Below, piece by piece: positions 16,346 through 20,000 of a stretch of DNA of 20,000 nt. Source of the DNA: an uncultured virus (IMG/VR IMGVR_UViG_3300025530_000412) (Duplodnaviria; Heunggongvirae; Uroviricota; Caudoviricetes); the IMG/VR virus record IMGVR_UViG_3300025530_000412. One strand, given 5' to 3'. The notes beneath the pieces were generated by a model. That model worked only from the letters and a program-made list of their open reading frames with translations, had not been told where the DNA came from and did not search any database. Both the position numbers and the translations under genes were made by a program. Numbering within the stretch: position 1 is the first letter of the stretch; every line of letters begins with the position of its first letter.

Positions 16346-16858
16346 TTGGGTAATTATTTATATGGATTTGATTTAAGTATGGATTGTAGTGGAGTTACAA
16401 TTTTTGATTTACATAATAAACAACCAGTATATGTAGGGTCTATAAAAACAAATCCTAAACAAACGCATGGGAAAAGACTTAAATTTATTGAAGATGAAGT
16501 GATTAAATTAACTGAACAATATCCACCTGAAATCATAATCATTGAGCGTGGTTTTAGTCGATTTAATACTTCTACCCAAGTTATATACAGAACTCATGGC
16601 GTTATCAATAAATACTTTCATAATATAGAACAGATTTATTATCCACCCAAAACCATTAAAGAAACTATTATTCATGGAAACGCAACAAAAAAGTTTGTTA
16701 AAGATGTTATTCAAATTGCATATCCAAATATTGAATTTAAAAATGAAGATGAATCAGACTCATTTGCAGTTGCACTTACTTACCTTATAAAAAATAAATA
16801 TATTAATTGGGACAAAAATCATTATAAACAAATTTTGAAAACAAAAAATAAAAAATAG
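16346..16858 (+). CDS. ruvC: RuvC-like Holliday junction resolvase
   Basis: YGFDLS..SG, IIIE, HG.ATK and DESDSFAVA acidic catalytic motifs; SD AAGGAG with TTG start. Confidence 0.85.
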   Translation: MGNYLYGFDLSMDCSGVTIFDLHNKQPVYVGSIKTNPKQTHGKRLKFIEDEVIKLTEQYPPEIIIIERGFSRFNTSTQVIYRTHGVINKYFHNIEQIYYPPKTIKETIIHGNATKKFVKDVIQIAYPNIEFKNEDESDSFAVALTYLIKNKYINWDKNHYKQILKTKNKK

Positions 16859-16866
16859 GTGATATC

Positions 16867-17157
16867 ATGGATAAGCAAGATATCGAAAAAGAAATTACTC
16901 GTGATGAATTGCCCGAAGTTTTAGAGCCTATACATATACAGCAATTTTTAAAATTGGGTAGAAAAAATTTGTACGAATTTTTAAATGACGCACCATTTCA
17001 CATAAATAGAGTAGGAAGATTGTTCAAAATTCCCAAAAAATCCTTTTTGGATTGGTTTGATGGCAAACAAGAAATTGAAATCGTTCAAAGAGATAAAAAT
17101 GGAGATCCAGTTAAAATTAAATATAATGGATATTGCTTTATTAAACAATACAAATAA
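16867..17157 (+). CDS. Excisionase-like HTH DNA-binding protein
   Basis: LPEVL..IQQFLKLGR..LYE.L...F...RVGR..KIPK.SF.DW; last gene before the prophage junction. Confidence 0.8.
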   Translation: MDKQDIEKEITRDELPEVLEPIHIQQFLKLGRKNLYEFLNDAPFHINRVGRLFKIPKKSFLDWFDGKQEIEIVQRDKNGDPVKIKYNGYCFIKQYK

Positions 17158-17168
17158 AATATCCACAT

Positions 17169-17211
17169 AGCAAGGCACTTACCTTTATCAAGGTATACGC
17201 CTTGCTTTTTT
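17169..17211 (+). terminator. Intrinsic terminator after the xis-like gene
   Basis: AGCAAGGC...GCCTTGCT stem with an inner TACCTT/AAGGTA stem and a T-run. Confidence 0.7.
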
Positions 17212-17259
17212 ATTTTCCCAATGTTAATATTACTGCAATAATAATTCCCGCATTATCAA

Positions 17260-17596
<337 letters not shown>

Positions 17597-17980
17597 ACAC
17601 AATCGCGACGCAGACGGATGTCGACTTGTCGGGGGCGAATTGTCTCTCTTGCGGGATGCGGTTCCGGCTTGTTGGAGAAAGGCTGCGTATGGGCGGCGTG
17701 CACTTGTGCGTACAATGCCGGCCTGCGCTTGCCGCTTGCCTTCATGGTAGCGTACGTGCGGCTTCCGACATGCCCGCCTTTCCGTTCGGGTCCCCATGGC
17801 TTTATTGGATGACTTTGTGTATTTTTTCACAAGTATACATTCAAGCAGGCCTTTCGAGGGACCAGACAAGCGACGGCTCAAGGGCCAAGAGGCGGTTCGC
17901 CGATCGCGGCGGCGGCCTGGAGAGGCGTTTTTTCCCCGCGGTCGTCCTTGGCTTCTGCGCGATGCGGCGTATACTCTCCC

Positions 17981-18014
17981 ATCCCCTTTACGACGGTAAA
18001 GGGGATTTTTATTT
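17981..18014 (+). terminator. Riboswitch expression-platform terminator
   Basis: ATCCCCTTTAC-gacg-GTAAAGGGGAT followed by TTTTATTT. Confidence 0.8.
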
Positions 18015-18037
18015 GGCGACAACTTGGCAGATGTTGC

Positions 18038-18141
18038 TTATGCGGTGCAATTCTTGTTGTACCGTACAAGTCCGCTTATACCGTGCAATTCCATTTATAC
18101 CGTTCAAGTCGGCTTGTGCCGTGCAAATTTGCTTGTACCGC
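18038..18141. repeat. Degenerate 19-bp tandem repeat (~5.5 copies)
   Basis: Units start at 18038, 18057, 18076, 18095, 18114 and 18133; consensus TTRTRCCGTNCAANT. Confidence 0.8.
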
Positions 18142-18152
18142 GGGGAGAAGGG

Positions 18153-19295
18153 ATGGAACCATACGTGATGACGGGCATTTCGGACCAAGATTATATGGAT
18201 TTGGCGCTGCGCATGGCGGAACAGACGTTGGGGCAAACCGGGTCGAACCCCGCGGTCGGGTGCGTCGTCGTCAACCGCGGCCGAATCGTCGGCATGGGCG
18301 CGCATTTGCGCATGGGAGAGGCGCATGCGGAAGTGCACGCGCTCGACATGGCGGGACCGGAGGCGGAGGGCGGCACGGTGTACGTGACGTTGGAGCCGTG
18401 CAGCCATCACGGACGAACGCCTCCGTGCTGCGAACGGTTGGCGCGGGAACGCGTGAAACGGGTCGTCGTCGCCTGCGAGGACCCCAACCCGAAAGTGGCC
18501 GGCAGCGGCATCCGCTATTTGCGGGAGCGGGGCATCGAAGTGGAGGTCGGCGTTCTGCGCGAGCGGGCGCGGCTTCTCAACGAAGCGTTTTTCAAGCATA
18601 TCGTCACGGGCATGCCGTTTGTCACGTTGAAAAGCGCGATGACGCTGGACGGAAAATTGGCGACCCGCACCGGCGACAGCAAGTGGATCAGCGGCGAGCG
18701 ATCGCGGGAGGCCGTCCATGTCATGCGCCACCGCCACGCGGCGATCATGGTCGGCGTGGAAACGGTGCTGCGCGACAATCCCCGTCTGACGACGCGGCTT
18801 CCGTCGGGCGGACTGCATCCGGTGCGCATTATCGCGGATTCCCGCCTGCGCATCCCTCCCGACGCGAACGTGCTGCAGGACGGGTTGGCCCCGGTTATCC
18901 TGCTCACGACGGAACAAGCGGCGGAACGGGCAACCGGTTTGACGCGCCCCGGCGTGGAAGTGCTGCCTTGCGGGACGGGACCGCGGGTGGATTTGAAGCT
19001 TGCCATGAAACGGCTCGGAGAACGGGGAATCGGCTCGATCTTGCTGGAGGGCGGCGCGACCTTGAACGGCGCCATGCTGGAAGCCGGTCTCGTCGACAAA
19101 CTCGTGCTGTTTATCGCGCCGAAAATCGCAGGCGGCGGAACCCGCGCCCCGTCCGTGTTCGAAAATGAAGGAGCGGACAAAATGGCCGATGCGCTGCGCA
19201 TTCGGGTAGTGAAGACGGAAACGGTCGGGGAGGATTTGTGCGTGATCGGATATCCCGAATACGATCGCGAGATCGAAAAGGACAACGCCGAATAA
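18153..19295 (+). CDS. ribD: Bifunctional riboflavin deaminase/reductase RibD
   Basis: NPAVGCV, HAEVHAL, VTLEPCSHHGRTPPC, LDGKLAT..GDSKWIS and LEGG motifs. Confidence 0.97.
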   Translation: MEPYVMTGISDQDYMDLALRMAEQTLGQTGSNPAVGCVVVNRGRIVGMGAHLRMGEAHAEVHALDMAGPEAEGGTVYVTLEPCSHHGRTPPCCERLARERVKRVVVACEDPNPKVAGSGIRYLRERGIEVEVGVLRERARLLNEAFFKHIVTGMPFVTLKSAMTLDGKLATRTGDSKWISGERSREAVHVMRHRHAAIMVGVETVLRDNPRLTTRLPSGGLHPVRIIADSRLRIPPDANVLQDGLAPVILLTTEQAAERATGLTRPGVEVLPCGTGPRVDLKLAMKRLGERGIGSILLEGGATLNGAMLEAGLVDKLVLFIAPKIAGGGTRAPSVFENEGADKMADALRIRVVKTETVGEDLCVIGYPEYDREIEKDNAE

Positions 19296-19310
19296 AAAAG
19301 GGGGGGTTCC

Positions 19311-20000
19311 ATGTTTACGGGCATTGTGGAGGAAATCGGCGTGTTGCGCCGGGCGGAAAAGAGAGGCGAAGCGATGGTGCTGACGATCGGAGCTTCGCGC
19401 GTGCTGGAAGATGCGGCGCTGGGCGACAGCATCGCCGTGAACGGCGTGTGCCTGACGGTAACCCGCTTTGACAGCGCCAGCGTCACGATGGACGTGATGC
19501 CGGAAACGTATCGAAACACCAACTTGAAGGACCTGCGTCCCGGGGACGGCGTCAATCTGGAACGCGCGATGCGGGCGGACCGGCGGTTTGGCGGCCATAT
19601 CGTGCAGGGACACGTCGACGGCGTCGGCACGATCGTCCAGCGAACGCCGGAGGGCAACGCGGTGCGGTTTCGCATTCGGCCGGACGATACTTCCCTGCTG
19701 CGCTGGATGGTGCCGCGCGGCTCCATCGCCGTGGACGGCATCAGTTTGACGCTCGTAACGGTCGAGGATGACGCGTTCACCGTTTCCATTATCCCCCATA
19801 CGCTGCGCGAAACGGTGCTCAAGGACAAACATCCCGGCAGCACGGTCAACCTGGAAACCGACGTGACCGGAAAATATATTTACCGTTATCTGGAAACGAT
19901 ATTGGCGGCTCGGCCGGAAGCCGTCCCGCGTCCGCGCGGAGCGGAAAATCCGCGCGGCGGAGGCATAACAAGGGAATGGCTGGAACAGTTCGGTTTTTAG
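19311..20000 (+). CDS. ribE: Riboflavin synthase alpha chain
   Basis: MFTGIVEEIG, GDSIAVNGVCLTV, VNLERA, GGHIVQGHVD and GSIAVDGISLT motifs. Confidence 0.96.
   Translation: MFTGIVEEIGVLRRAEKRGEAMVLTIGASRVLEDAALGDSIAVNGVCLTVTRFDSASVTMDVMPETYRNTNLKDLRPGDGVNLERAMRADRRFGGHIVQGHVDGVGTIVQRTPEGNAVRFRIRPDDTSLLRWMVPRGSIAVDGISLTLVTVEDDAFTVSIIPHTLRETVLKDKHPGSTVNLETDVTGKYIYRYLETILAARPEAVPRPRGAENPRGGGITREWLEQFGF

Noticed and set aside
16346..16858. RuvC-domain protein as TnpB/Cas12-like effector
   Set aside because: Only 170 aa, with no zinc ribbon or flanking IS ends; it fits a stand-alone resolvase.
18038..18141. 19-bp repeats as a CRISPR array
   Set aside because: Units are contiguous and degenerate, have no unique 30-40 nt spacers, and no cas genes are present.
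17948..19849. Long ORFs 17948-19168 (+), 18009-19832 (-) and 18515-19849 (-)
   Set aside because: Shadow frames of GC-rich ribD/ribE with no recognisable motifs.

Overview
The window has two parts. Positions ~1-17450 are the right arm of a large, AT-rich prophage resembling SPbeta-type Bacillales phages. It carries the 3' end of thyA, an RNase H-like gene, many small co-oriented genes, YopX, a deaminase, a PLD-like protein, two DNA methyltransferases with no evident cognate restriction enzyme, a RuvC-like resolvase and a terminal HTH/excisionase gene. Positions ~17450-20000 are GC-rich host chromosome: an FMN riboswitch, ribD and the riboflavin synthase alpha gene. The prophage boundary falls at the 5' edge of the riboswitch. 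A GC-richer block of siphophage-type genes (~1750-6375) sits inside the prophage, and several of its gene junctions share 15-26 bp direct repeats. The most striking unexplained pattern is a 16-bp inverted motif, TAAAA-N6-TTTTA. It recurs about 12 times between 7.2 and 15 kb at gene boundaries, often supplying the upstream stop codon and lying just before the next ribosome-binding site, which suggests a gene-cassette-like array. All calls come from reading the sequence by eye; no searches were run.
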